From: Chitinophaga pinensis
Lineage (GTDB): Bacteria > Bacteroidota > Bacteroidia > UKL13-3
Length of the DNA: 64,000 nucleotides
Direction of reading: 5' to 3'
Assembly (NCBI GenBank): GCA_945898275.1
Contig: CAMDHZ010000011.1
Location: 31,874 to 95,873, forward strand
The first letter of the stretch is position 1. Each line of letters begins with the position of its first letter. Of this stretch, positions 38,429-48,129 are shown piece after piece. The notes under the pieces were generated by a model. That model did not search any database. It saw nothing but the letters and a program-made list of their open reading frames with translations, and was not told where the DNA came from. Both the position numbers and the translations under genes were made by a program.

Positions 38429-40615
38429 TCATAACCTTAAACGTACACTTAATACTAAATTTCTACCAGCCGCACTAATTCCAGAACGGTAGGTTCTATA
38501 CCTTTCATCAAGTATGTTCTCCAATGCTACTTGAAAGTCATAATACCTTTTAAAGGTATAAGATATTCTAAAATTCAAGGTTTGCCAAGCTGGGGAATAA
38601 GGCAAGCCGTTCGCATCTTTTGCATATAAAAAAGCACTGCCTTTGGCCTCTTGAGATAAATCATCGTTTTGCATACTAGCTGCCCAGTTTAGGTAGAAAC
38701 TTGTTTCCAATTGCTTCGCAGAGTGGCTTAAAACAAAGTTGCCAAAACTTGGACTTAAATGCACCATTGGACTTTGGATGCCATCCTCTGTTTCTTCAAT
38801 TCCTTTTTGAAAATTATATGTTCCTCTTAAACTAAATTGAAAAGGTAAAGAGATCATTGCAATTGCATGAAAGCCGTAAACCCTTGCAAATGCTCCATTT
38901 TGTAAGGTTTGAATCTTACTCATCACGCCATCATATAGCAAACTATCCAAGCCATTTACTGTGCTACTTCTTCTAACCATAGCGCCATTCAAGTAAGTAT
39001 AGTATCCACAAAAGTCTAAAGTCAAATACTTCCATATAAGTAGGTTCAAACCACTTTCTGCCTGCCAGGCTTGTTCTGCATTTAAATTATTATTTGGTAA
39101 CAATACCGCTCCTGGTTCCGAGTCAAATACTTTGCCTAAATCATCTACATTTGGTGCTCTAAACCCACTTGATAAATTAAATCTAAAACTGTTTGTGGCT
39201 GTTGCATTATAAACCCAACCTAGGGCTCCTGTAAAAGCTGGTTTAAAACTATTTGTATTTTCAAATTGGATGGGGAAGTAATTTGCATTGTTAGAAAAAT
39301 CAGCATTTACTGCAAAGTAATTTGCCCTAATACCAGCATTTAAATGGTGTTTTTGGGCAGGCGTATATTGAAAGGCTGCATACAAAGCACCTGTCTGCCA
39401 AAAGGAATTTGGATAACGTGATGGTCCGTTTTCTAATTGCTGGGTATAAATGTTTAGGTTGGTGCCAGTTGATTTCACTTGGTTACCAACCCATTCTGCT
39501 CCATATCTTAAATTGGTTTTGATTCCAAAGTGTTTTTCAAAATCTAGGTTCAAACTGTAAGCATTTACCTTTTCGATTCTATTTTTTAGAATAGGGTCAT
39601 TGAAATTTCTGTCATGTCGACTTTCTTGAAATTGTTGGAAAGCTAAATGAATTTTGGCATTATCAAACCAAAAGTTCGCCTTTTTAAAATCGGCTTCAAG
39701 TAAGTTCATTAACCAAATTTGAGGGCCATAATACCACTCAGCACTATAAGGATTCCCATTAGTCCGCAACCTATTGAGTCGATCGTATCTTGGGTTATTG
39801 CTAGATTTTGAATAGTTAGTTGTCCATTCTATTTCCAAATGTTTGTTTGGTTCAAACCGAAACTTTTGCAAAATATTGAATTGCGAGTAGGCTGATGGAG
39901 ATTGTAACAAGGGCTCATTGATTTGTACTTTTCTATCAAGAGTATCAAATTTTTGCACGACAAAGGTTTGCAAATAATCATTTGGGCCGTTTGAACCCAT
40001 TTTTAAATCTCCAAATTGATTGGCTGTGAATGCAGTAAGGGAGGCAAAGTGGGTTGAACCAAGATTGATTCGACCATGATAGGTAAACTCATTATTGGCA
40101 GATGAAAAACGGGAAGCTACTTGTGCTGAGGATTTAAAGCCATCTTTCTCAAATTTAGGTTGTATGGTTTTAAAACTAATTACACCTCCAATGGCATCGC
40201 TTCCATGCATTACCGAACCTGGACCATAGCAAATCTCTGCCTTTTCAATCACAAATGGGTCTAAAACAACAACTTGTTGTAGGTTTCCAGCTCTAAAAAT
40301 GGCGGTGTTCATTCGAACTCCGTCAATGGCTAATAACAATCGGTTGGTACCAAAGCCTCTTATCATTGGGCTTCCGCCGCTTTGTTGACTTTTCTGAATA
40401 AATACTTCCCCGCCTAATCCAAGTAAATCTGCCGCTGTTTGTGGTTGAAACTGTTTAATTTGTTTTTGAGAAATTACTCCTGTTTTGAGTGTTAAAGTTT
40501 TAAATGCTGTTGGCAATCTAAACGCATTTATTACTAGCGAGTCCAATATATTGGCTTGACCCAATAGTTGAAAAGAAAGTAAACCACCTACAAAAATTAG
40601 GAAAAGCCTTTTCAT
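38429..40615 (-). CDS. TonB-dependent outer-membrane receptor
   Basis: Signal peptide from MKRLFLIFVGGLLSF, plug-domain motifs, beta-barrel with C-terminal aromatic residue. The ORF-track N-terminal extension (to 40780) is spurious and would overlap the next gene. Confidence 0.85.
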   Translation of the reverse strand: MKRLFLIFVGGLLSFQLLGQANILDSLVINAFRLPTAFKTLTLKTGVISQKQIKQFQPQTAADLLGLGGEVFIQKSQQSGGSPMIRGFGTNRLLLAIDGVRMNTAIFRAGNLQQVVVLDPFVIEKAEICYGPGSVMHGSDAIGGVISFKTIQPKFEKDGFKSSAQVASRFSSANNEFTYHGRINLGSTHFASLTAFTANQFGDLKMGSNGPNDYLQTFVVQKFDTLDRKVQINEPLLQSPSAYSQFNILQKFRFEPNKHLEIEWTTNYSKSSNNPRYDRLNRLRTNGNPYSAEWYYGPQIWLMNLLEADFKKANFWFDNAKIHLAFQQFQESRHDRNFNDPILKNRIEKVNAYSLNLDFEKHFGIKTNLRYGAEWVGNQVKSTGTNLNIYTQQLENGPSRYPNSFWQTGALYAAFQYTPAQKHHLNAGIRANYFAVNADFSNNANYFPIQFENTNSFKPAFTGALGWVYNATATNSFRFNLSSGFRAPNVDDLGKVFDSEPGAVLLPNNNLNAEQAWQAESGLNLLIWKYLTLDFCGYYTYLNGAMVRRSSTVNGLDSLLYDGVMSKIQTLQNGAFARVYGFHAIAMISLPFQFSLRGTYNFQKGIEETEDGIQSPMVHLSPSFGNFVLSHSAKQLETSFYLNWAASMQNDDLSQEAKGSAFLYAKDANGLPYSPAWQTLNFRISYTFKRYYDFQVALENILDERYRTYRSGISAAGRNLVLSVRLRL

Positions 40616-40625
40616 GGCTGAAGCG

Positions 40626-41321
40626 TTAATTCCCTCTGTTCTTGTAATTCTTAAAATTGCGATTCTTTTTAAAATTGCGATTTTTATTATTGTTGTTATT
40701 GTTGCGTGGGCTTCCAAAATTATCAGAGCCAATAGTTTGAACTTTCCTTTGTTGCATGTATTTAAACTGCAAATCTTCACTTTCTTCTAACCTAATTTTC
40801 CCTTGACTTAGTTCTGTAAGGTGATGCATTACTTCATCATCTTGCAACATTTCTAAATTCCAAGCTTTACTGCTCATTTTCATAAATGAACCAATGGCAT
40901 TGATATAGGCAGTGCGTTGGGGACCTTCTTCCATTTCAGCCAATTTTTCAATCATTTTAGCAACGGTTTTACCATAAAATCTATACTTAATTCTAGATTG
41001 CGGGTAAGCCATTGGTTCAGGCCGAGTTGAAATAGTTTCTTTGGTTGGAATTGGATATGGAGAATCTACATCCAATTTAAAATCGCTCATGATAAAGAGG
41101 TGGTCCCAAAGTTTAATTTTATAGTCAGCCACATCCTTTAACTGAGGATTGAATTGGTTCAAGAGTCGAATAATTTCTTCTGCAATTTTCTGTCTTCTAT
41201 CTCTATTAGGTTCTCCAATGGCTACTTCAATCATATTTTGTATGATTCTGCCATGTTCTGAAATCCTTAATTTACCTCTTTCGGTATTGTATTGTAAGCT
41301 TAAAGTCATGTAGGATTGCAA
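40626..41321 (-). CDS. DUF4290-family protein with Asn/Lys-rich C-terminal tail
   Basis: Conserved Bacteroidota family pattern (MTLSLQYNTERGKLRISEHGRIIQNMIEVAI...). Tail NNNNNKNRNFKKNRNFKNYKNRGN is encoded by a near-tandem DNA repeat. Confidence 0.55.
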   Translation of the reverse strand: MQSYMTLSLQYNTERGKLRISEHGRIIQNMIEVAIGEPNRDRRQKIAEEIIRLLNQFNPQLKDVADYKIKLWDHLFIMSDFKLDVDSPYPIPTKETISTRPEPMAYPQSRIKYRFYGKTVAKMIEKLAEMEEGPQRTAYINAIGSFMKMSSKAWNLEMLQDDEVMHHLTELSQGKIRLEESEDLQFKYMQQRKVQTIGSDNFGSPRNNNNNNKNRNFKKNRNFKNYKNRGN

Positions 41322-41341
41322 TATATGATTTTTTATTAAGT

Positions 41342-43000
41342 TTAATTCATTAATTCTCTCGCTGCAGCTTTTACATTTTCAGAAGGATTTTCGCCACTTA
41401 ACATCCTAGCAATTTCTGTAACTCGTTCTTCGTAACTGAGTGATTTTATATGGGTTTGGGTGATTTCTCCTTCTGAATCTTTGTAAACATACAAATGCTG
41501 TTGGGCTTTTCCAGCAATTTGTGGCAAATGGGTAATGGCAATCACTTGATGATTTTTTGCATGTTGTTGCATTACTTGTGCCACTTTTTGCGCTGCTTCT
41601 CCAGAAATTCCAGTGTCAATTTCGTCGAATACAATACTAGGCAGTTGAACCTTATCGGCAATTAAGGATTTAATACAGAGCATTAATCTACTTAATTCAC
41701 CTCCACTAGCTACTTTATTGATGGGTTGTGGTTCAAAACCTTTATTCGCGCTAAATAAAAAGCTTATCTCTTCTGCACCTTCTGTGGTATATTTTTCCAT
41801 TGCTAGCTCTTGAAGGTCTATTGCAAAAACAGCGTTTGGCAAGGCAACTTGACTTAATAATTCATTTACTTGCTCGCAGGCATTGTTAAGGGCTGCTTTC
41901 CGTGTATTTCTTAAGTTTAGCGCAAACTCAACCATATTAGATGTGGTTTTCTCTACCAATGCTTTTGCGTCTTCAATCTCGTTTTCTAAACTACCAAGCG
42001 CCTCAAATCTTGCCTCAAATGTTTTCATTATGGCAATAAGTTCAGAAGTATCCTTAACCTTATGTTTCTTTTGTAAATGAAAGAGTTGTTGTAACCTGCT
42101 TTCTGCAGCCTGCAATGCTTCTGGGTCGAGTTGGGTTTTGTCGGCCACGGTTTGCAACTCCCTCGAAAGGTCTTTTAAATCTTCTAGGTTCGAATCTAGC
42201 CTTTCTAACAATGACTTTAAAACAATATGATGCTTAGCCGCGGCTGCAAGCTGGGAGCGACCTTCACGCAACTGGTCTAAGATGGCAAGTTCTCCTCCTT
42301 CTAGTAGTCCACTCACAAAACTTGCTGCTACTTGAATGCCTTCAGCATTGCTTAATTCATCTAATCGTGTTTCTAGAATTTCTTGTTCACCCTCTTTTGG
42401 ATTTAACTCTTGTAATTCACTTAATACAAATCGGAGGTAATCTTCATCCTGCCTTGAGTTTGCTTCTTTTTGTTGCAATTCTTGTAAAGCTAAGAGCGCC
42501 TTTTTGTAAGATTTAAAAGCATATTTATAATCAGCCAAAACATCTTGATTATTGGCAATAGCATCTAAAACTTGAAGCTGAAAACTACTTTCATTCAATT
42601 CAAGGGTTTGATGCTGTGAAACAATATCAATTAATTGAAGGCCAAATGCCCTTAATACTTGCAAGGTAACTGGAGTATCGTTGATAAATGCCCTAGATTT
42701 TCCATTTGATGTAAGTTCCCTACGCACAAGACATGGATTAATTTCATCCAATTCATTTGCTTCAAAGAAATTTTGAAGTTGATAACCTTCTATGGAAAAA
42801 GCTGCTTCAATGATGCACTTGTCTTTGCCTTGCATCACGTCTTTAGTATCTGCACGATTGCCTAAAATAAGCCCTAAAGCCCCCATTAAAATGGATTTTC
42901 CAGCGCCAGTTTCGCCAGTAATAATATTTAGACCTCTATCAAATTGAATTTGAGAGGAACTGATAATTGCAAAATTTTGAATGCTGAGTGATAATAGCAT
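41342..43000 (-). CDS. recN: DNA repair protein RecN
   Basis: MLLSLSIQNFAIISSSQIQF...ITGETGAGKSIL Walker A, coiled coil, and C-terminal SMC-like signature (ASGGELSRLMLCIK...IVFDEIDTGISG). ATG at 43000 preferred over the TTG of the ORF track. Confidence 0.9.
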   Translation of the reverse strand: MLLSLSIQNFAIISSSQIQFDRGLNIITGETGAGKSILMGALGLILGNRADTKDVMQGKDKCIIEAAFSIEGYQLQNFFEANELDEINPCLVRRELTSNGKSRAFINDTPVTLQVLRAFGLQLIDIVSQHQTLELNESSFQLQVLDAIANNQDVLADYKYAFKSYKKALLALQELQQKEANSRQDEDYLRFVLSELQELNPKEGEQEILETRLDELSNAEGIQVAASFVSGLLEGGELAILDQLREGRSQLAAAAKHHIVLKSLLERLDSNLEDLKDLSRELQTVADKTQLDPEALQAAESRLQQLFHLQKKHKVKDTSELIAIMKTFEARFEALGSLENEIEDAKALVEKTTSNMVEFALNLRNTRKAALNNACEQVNELLSQVALPNAVFAIDLQELAMEKYTTEGAEEISFLFSANKGFEPQPINKVASGGELSRLMLCIKSLIADKVQLPSIVFDEIDTGISGEAAQKVAQVMQQHAKNHQVIAITHLPQIAGKAQQHLYVYKDSEGEITQTHIKSLSYEERVTEIARMLSGENPSENVKAAARELMN

Positions 43001-43058
43001 AATAGCCTGCAAATATATCTACTCATTGATAAGGTCAATGCAGTCTTTTCAACATTAA

Positions 43059-44633
43059 TTATTCAATAATCAATTTTTGTAACACACGTTGTTCGCCCAA
43101 AGTACTTTCTATCAAATAGATTCCAGAAGGTATGGTTTGAACCAAAACTTTTGAGGCGGCTCTTTGCACTAGTGTTTCTTGATATATTTCCACACCAAGT
43201 AGGTTGAAAATTTTTACTTGAAGAGGTTGGTTAAAACTATTCTCTATTTGAAAATAATCTTTTGCAGGATTTGGGAAAAATTTAACGCCTGTGAAAGTTT
43301 GTGCTGCGGCAGGTAATCCTGTTGGCCAAACCTGAATGTAATTTTCCTTGGTGAGTGACACAGATCCTGCAGCATTTGTTGCCCTCAACCTAACCGAGTA
43401 ATTACCTTTATTAGAAAATTTTACTTTTGGATTCTGACTAAATGCGTTAGTGCTTTCTAAAAATTGAACGCCAGTATTTGGGATAAATGTCCATTGCCAA
43501 GCCACTGGATTGCCTGTTGTTTTATCTGTGATTGTAACCGTTTCTTCCATACTGGGCAGAAGTTTATCTGCCTCAAAATCAACTTCTAATCCTTGTGATA
43601 CCGAAATGTAATCTGTTCTTATGGTATCATCAAAACCTCCATTATAATTAACAGCAAGTCTAATAGAATATTTTCCTAAAGCGTCAAATAGGATTCTAGG
43701 GATTTCACTTTTATTATTTGTATTGGCAACATACCTAAAAGTATTTGGGGTTATTGTCCATGTATAACCGGTTGGAAGACCTAAAGATTGATTATTAAGT
43801 GTAATAGTATCTTTTGTGGTACAAGTGGTTCGGCTTGCAGTAAACCTTGCATTGGTTTTATATAATTCTGGTCTATTTATATCCTTATACCTGATTTTTG
43901 TTTCTTGCGTAAAGTTATTTACAACAACCTCCATTAATGGGAACTTTTGGTTTTTGCCAAACCAATAGTATTCAGTACGGCTATTTGGAATAGGGATTCC
44001 AAAACCATTAATTGAAATCGAATCAAATCCATTAACTTCCGACTTCACTCTGATACAATTAAAAGTGCCATAAGGAGTTGTAATGCTTCCCCAACCATCC
44101 ACTTCCGTTTTTCTGGTTCCGGTTTGAACCAAAGCACCAAGTCCTAGTAGGTTTGCACTTCCTTCATAATTACCTTCTTTGATGTAGCCAAAATTGAGTG
44201 GAAATTTAAAGATGGTATCACGTTTAGTATAAACAATGCCAAGTGGTAAGTTTTGCACTGTAGCGCCTTTTCCAACATTTACCAATGCTGTATTATTACT
44301 TCTGTAAAATCCAAAAACATTAGAGGCAAACCCTAAGCCTCCAATTGGCACTAAACCCAATTGCTCTGGTAAACCATAATTAGCTGTAAAGAATTGTATA
44401 AAATACGGAGTGCCAGTAGGGGAATAGTACCTTTGAATGTCTTGGGTACTAGGTGCAATTTTGCTGAAATCCCAAGTTTGGTTGGTTCCAGAATTTGTAT
44501 AATTGTTAATAGAGGTTCCAACAGAATATCTTAAAGTATCGCCGGCCGCAGGCATGTCCGAATTTTGAATGGTAATTTGGGCTTTTACTTCAACTAGAAA
44601 TAAAATCGATAGAATTAAAACTTTGATTCTCAT
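43059..44633 (-). CDS. secreted protein with PKD-like repeats and T9SS C-terminal sorting domain
   Basis: Signal peptide; C-terminal KFFPNPAKDYFQIEN...GIYLIESTLGEQRVLQKLIIE is a type-A T9SS CTD. Confidence 0.7.
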   Translation of the reverse strand: MRIKVLILSILFLVEVKAQITIQNSDMPAAGDTLRYSVGTSINNYTNSGTNQTWDFSKIAPSTQDIQRYYSPTGTPYFIQFFTANYGLPEQLGLVPIGGLGFASNVFGFYRSNNTALVNVGKGATVQNLPLGIVYTKRDTIFKFPLNFGYIKEGNYEGSANLLGLGALVQTGTRKTEVDGWGSITTPYGTFNCIRVKSEVNGFDSISINGFGIPIPNSRTEYYWFGKNQKFPLMEVVVNNFTQETKIRYKDINRPELYKTNARFTASRTTCTTKDTITLNNQSLGLPTGYTWTITPNTFRYVANTNNKSEIPRILFDALGKYSIRLAVNYNGGFDDTIRTDYISVSQGLEVDFEADKLLPSMEETVTITDKTTGNPVAWQWTFIPNTGVQFLESTNAFSQNPKVKFSNKGNYSVRLRATNAAGSVSLTKENYIQVWPTGLPAAAQTFTGVKFFPNPAKDYFQIENSFNQPLQVKIFNLLGVEIYQETLVQRAASKVLVQTIPSGIYLIESTLGEQRVLQKLIIE

Positions 44634-44685
44634 TCACAATGTTACATAAATTTAGCAATTTACGTAAATGTAAAAAACGAATTCC

Positions 44686-45423
44686 TTAACGCTTCTCTAA
44701 AACTACTAAAAGCCTAGCAGAAAATACAGATGGAAAAAGTCCTAATAACTTGTCAATAACCTTGATAATAGGATATGAAAAAGCTGGATAAAATGAAGGT
44801 CCACTAAAACCACCAGAAGCTAAATATGCAAATGAAACGATTCTTTTTATGCTAGGCTTCTTCCAATGATCAAAATCAATTGGTAATTCCTTTTTTACAA
44901 AAAATCTCCAAGCTGAAGCTTGTGCTGCGAAATAGGTATTTTGTTTTGCAAATGTAGCAAGGTCAAATTCATGTTGAAATGCTAAAGGCTCATGGTGAAA
45001 ATTTCCGTAAACAAAACGCCCAATCCAACTCATATCTGGCTCCATCAGAATAACTTTACCACCAGGTTTTAAAACTCTTTCTGCCTCCTTTAAAAATGCA
45101 ATTGGAAATTCTAAATGATGCCAAACATCAAATAAAATAATGTTAGATAATGATTTATCCGGGAATGAAATCTGATAAGCATTTTCTGTTTTTTCAAGCC
45201 ATGGATTTTGAAAAATATCTGAGGTGGTACAATAGGGAATAATATCTTTTATTCTTCCAATTCCTGAGCCAATTTCTAAGGTTAAACCAGGTGATTTGTC
45301 TGTAATTTGCGATTCAATTTTTTGGTATAAATGATAATATGATTTTCTCAAACCTGGTTTCTTTTTCCAATAAGATTTGTTTAAAAGAATTTCTGTATTG
45401 TGTTGCTGAATCTTTTCTTCCAT
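44686..45423 (-). CDS. class I SAM-dependent methyltransferase
   Basis: Motif I LEIGSGIGR and motif post-I/II (LKPGGKVILMEP). Confidence 0.7.
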   Translation of the reverse strand: MEEKIQQHNTEILLNKSYWKKKPGLRKSYYHLYQKIESQITDKSPGLTLEIGSGIGRIKDIIPYCTTSDIFQNPWLEKTENAYQISFPDKSLSNIILFDVWHHLEFPIAFLKEAERVLKPGGKVILMEPDMSWIGRFVYGNFHHEPLAFQHEFDLATFAKQNTYFAAQASAWRFFVKKELPIDFDHWKKPSIKRIVSFAYLASGGFSGPSFYPAFSYPIIKVIDKLLGLFPSVFSARLLVVLEKR

Positions 45424-45427
45424 AAGT

Positions 45428-46267
45428 TTATTTTAACACAACATTAATAGAGCCTCCAGCAGGTATAAGTTGTAATAAAGAATTATCTAATGGGATAGAT
45501 TTCCCATTAGGTAAAGAGCAATTATATTGATGGGTTTTTAGTAAATCTATGAGGATTTCAAAGGAATATCCTCTTTCCTTAAAAACGTAAGGTGCAAACT
45601 CCATAACGAGGATTGGCTTTTGCTCATTTAATAGATGTTTTGCACCTTTCAAAACATCAATTTCAAAACCATCAACATCAATTTTGATTAGGTTTACTTT
45701 GGGCTTTTGTAATTCAAGGTACCAATCATCAAGTCTTAACTTCTTGGCATGGGTCAATGATTCAAATACTCCTAGATGAATAGGATGGGCATTGGATGAA
45801 TCTCCCGCACTGAGTGGCCATCTTGAAGGAATTGATTCTGGGATATTATCGTTAATTTCATCAATTAAAAGCGCTTGAATTAAGGTTAAATTTGAACTAA
45901 ATTCACTATTTAAAGAGGCGTTTTTACATAATTTTTTAAAGGCGTAATCGGTAGGTTCAAAGGCTATTACTTTTCCATTTTCGCCTGTTAACTTAGAAAA
46001 GTGTATAGTATGTGCGCCAATATTAGCCCCGATATCTAAAATGGTAAATCCAGGTTGAATTAGTTTTTTATAAGTATGGAATGTTTCTGGTTCAAAAACA
46101 CCTTGAAGGAAAATTGAAAAGTCTATGCCATCAGTGAGGTCTAATTCCCATTTAATGCCCTTACGTAAAAATATTCCATGGTTAGATTTACATGATAAGG
46201 CTCTTAATGTCCTGATTACTTTGCTGCTTATTCCTGCTAGCTTTATTTTGGCTTTAGTACTTAACAT
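45428..46267 (-). CDS. FkbM-family methyltransferase
   Basis: ILDIGANIGAHTIHFSKLTGENGKVIAFEPTDYAFKKL is an FkbM-type SAM-binding region. Confidence 0.7.
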   Translation of the reverse strand: MLSTKAKIKLAGISSKVIRTLRALSCKSNHGIFLRKGIKWELDLTDGIDFSIFLQGVFEPETFHTYKKLIQPGFTILDIGANIGAHTIHFSKLTGENGKVIAFEPTDYAFKKLCKNASLNSEFSSNLTLIQALLIDEINDNIPESIPSRWPLSAGDSSNAHPIHLGVFESLTHAKKLRLDDWYLELQKPKVNLIKIDVDGFEIDVLKGAKHLLNEQKPILVMEFAPYVFKERGYSFEILIDLLKTHQYNCSLPNGKSIPLDNSLLQLIPAGGSINVVLK

Positions 46268-46272
46268 TTACT

Positions 46273-48129
46273 TTATTGATATTTTATTTTAAACATAGGT
46301 GCCCATTTGTGAATTTCTTCTTTATTAGGAAGTGGAGGTAGAACACAGTTTTTATGAGGAATTATTAAATAATTATCATTGTTGTAAACTATGCCTTTAA
46401 TCAAATCTTTATTTTCTAAAAAATAATCTTTTAAAGGTTCAAATTTAGAAAATTTGCAACTGTAGGTAATATATTCCAACCATTTAACTACTGCTGTTTG
46501 ATTTGTAGAAATTGATTCAAAACCAATCCATTTATTCGCTTTAATATTTGAGTCTAATATTAGTGTAATAGAATTATTTCTTAAATTATTAGGTCCTTCT
46601 TTCCAAGTTACAAATGTGTAAAGCATCGAGGCAACAAAAGTTAATATTACAAAAATTGGTATTTTTAAATTTGATGAATTAGAAATTAAATTTGTTTGTA
46701 ATTTTTGTTGATGATTTTCATTGTTTAAAAACAAATTTTTAATTCCAAAAAAGGAAAGAGGTAAAATTAATGAAAAGCTTGTTAGAAGAGTTGCAGTGAT
46801 TCGCCAGCGACCATCATTAAAAACTATTGGTGCAAAACTTAGGTAACTTATAATCCCAATAAGACATACTAATGCCAGAATCAAATTGATTTTAAAAAGG
46901 CTTAAAATCAAAAACATCATAATGCATAATCCAACTATGGAAATAAGAAGGTTAATTTTGTTGCTTAGATTTATATTTATGATTATTTGAAATAATTTTT
47001 GAACTAAGGTTATATATGCATCTTTCAAAGAATGAATTAAGTAAATATAGGATTGATTTGGTTGTTTTTTAAAAGTTTCAATGGCTTCTTCCTTCATTTT
47101 TCGGTTTAAGTCATTATAGTTTAAACTTGGATATTTATTAGTAATATAATTAGTGGCTTCATCCCAATTAGTATTTCTTGCAATTCCTAGTAAAACACTT
47201 CCTGTATTCCCATTCACGGTGGCGTTTTTATGTCCAATAAAGTTAAATGTTAATTTTGGAATTAATAACATAGTTAAAAAACAAATACTACAGAACATAA
47301 ATGTCTTCACTAACCTTTTGAACCAAGGTGTTTTAGTATTAAACAAAAATATACAACTAAAAAGTATTGGTAAAAAATAGTTAAAAGGTCTAAGCGTATT
47401 TGAAATGCTAATTAAAATAAGACCTAGAATAATGGGCCTATTATCCTCAAAATTTTTTATTTCTAAAAGAGAATTAATCCCTGCTAGAGTGAAAATTAGA
47501 CCATTTATCTCTGTCAACCAAGTAGGCAAAAATGGCGAAACCCAAAATACTAATAAAAGCCAAGCAATGATACTTAATTGCATACCAATCATTTGTCTAA
47601 CTTGAAACCAAAAATATCCAATTACTAAGGAAAGAAAGAAGATTCTTACTAAAAAGAATCCTAATGGTGTTTTAGCTCCTAGAAAAAAGAAAAAGAAATT
47701 TATTACGGAGTTTAAGGGTCTCCAAGAATTTAACATTGAAAGGGTTTCCTTAGGCCAGTCTATTGTTTCTTTGTAATATGCACCAGCATCTGAGAAAGGC
47801 ACGATTCCTCCTATAGTAAACCAACTATTTTCATGTGTGCTGCGCATTGCCGCATTAAATCCTATAACTAAAAATATCGCAGTAATTAATACAAAAAATG
47901 ATGCCTTATTAAAAAAGCTTATTGAGAAAGTAGAAGATTTTATTTTGATAAATCCAATCAAGTAAATAATAAATGAAAAAATAAATAAAAGCTTTAGAAC
48001 ATAATCAAAATGGTTTAGTGTAATGTATTTATCGAAATATATCAATGAAGAATCAATTAAGAATCCTAAAAAAATCCCCAATATTGCGCTAAAGATCGTT
48101 ATTAATAGTTTTATAAAATTACCTTCCAT
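46273..48129 (-). CDS. polytopic membrane protein, GT-C-like glycosyltransferase candidate (618 aa)
   Basis: More than 12 predicted TM helices and a large C-terminal soluble domain. Its start ATG overlaps the stop of the upstream GT2 (TGATG). Confidence 0.5.
   Translation of the reverse strand: MEGNFIKLLITIFSAILGIFLGFLIDSSLIYFDKYITLNHFDYVLKLLFIFSFIIYLIGFIKIKSSTFSISFFNKASFFVLITAIFLVIGFNAAMRSTHENSWFTIGGIVPFSDAGAYYKETIDWPKETLSMLNSWRPLNSVINFFFFFLGAKTPLGFFLVRIFFLSLVIGYFWFQVRQMIGMQLSIIAWLLLVFWVSPFLPTWLTEINGLIFTLAGINSLLEIKNFEDNRPIILGLILISISNTLRPFNYFLPILFSCIFLFNTKTPWFKRLVKTFMFCSICFLTMLLIPKLTFNFIGHKNATVNGNTGSVLLGIARNTNWDEATNYITNKYPSLNYNDLNRKMKEEAIETFKKQPNQSYIYLIHSLKDAYITLVQKLFQIIININLSNKINLLISIVGLCIMMFLILSLFKINLILALVCLIGIISYLSFAPIVFNDGRWRITATLLTSFSLILPLSFFGIKNLFLNNENHQQKLQTNLISNSSNLKIPIFVILTFVASMLYTFVTWKEGPNNLRNNSITLILDSNIKANKWIGFESISTNQTAVVKWLEYITYSCKFSKFEPLKDYFLENKDLIKGIVYNNDNYLIIPHKNCVLPPLPNKEEIHKWAPMFKIKYQ

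Noticed and set aside
40616-40780. N-terminal 55-aa extension of the TonB-dependent receptor ORF
   Set aside because: The extension precedes the obvious signal peptide (MKRLFLIFVGG...) and would overlap the convergent DUF4290 gene. The start was moved to 40615.
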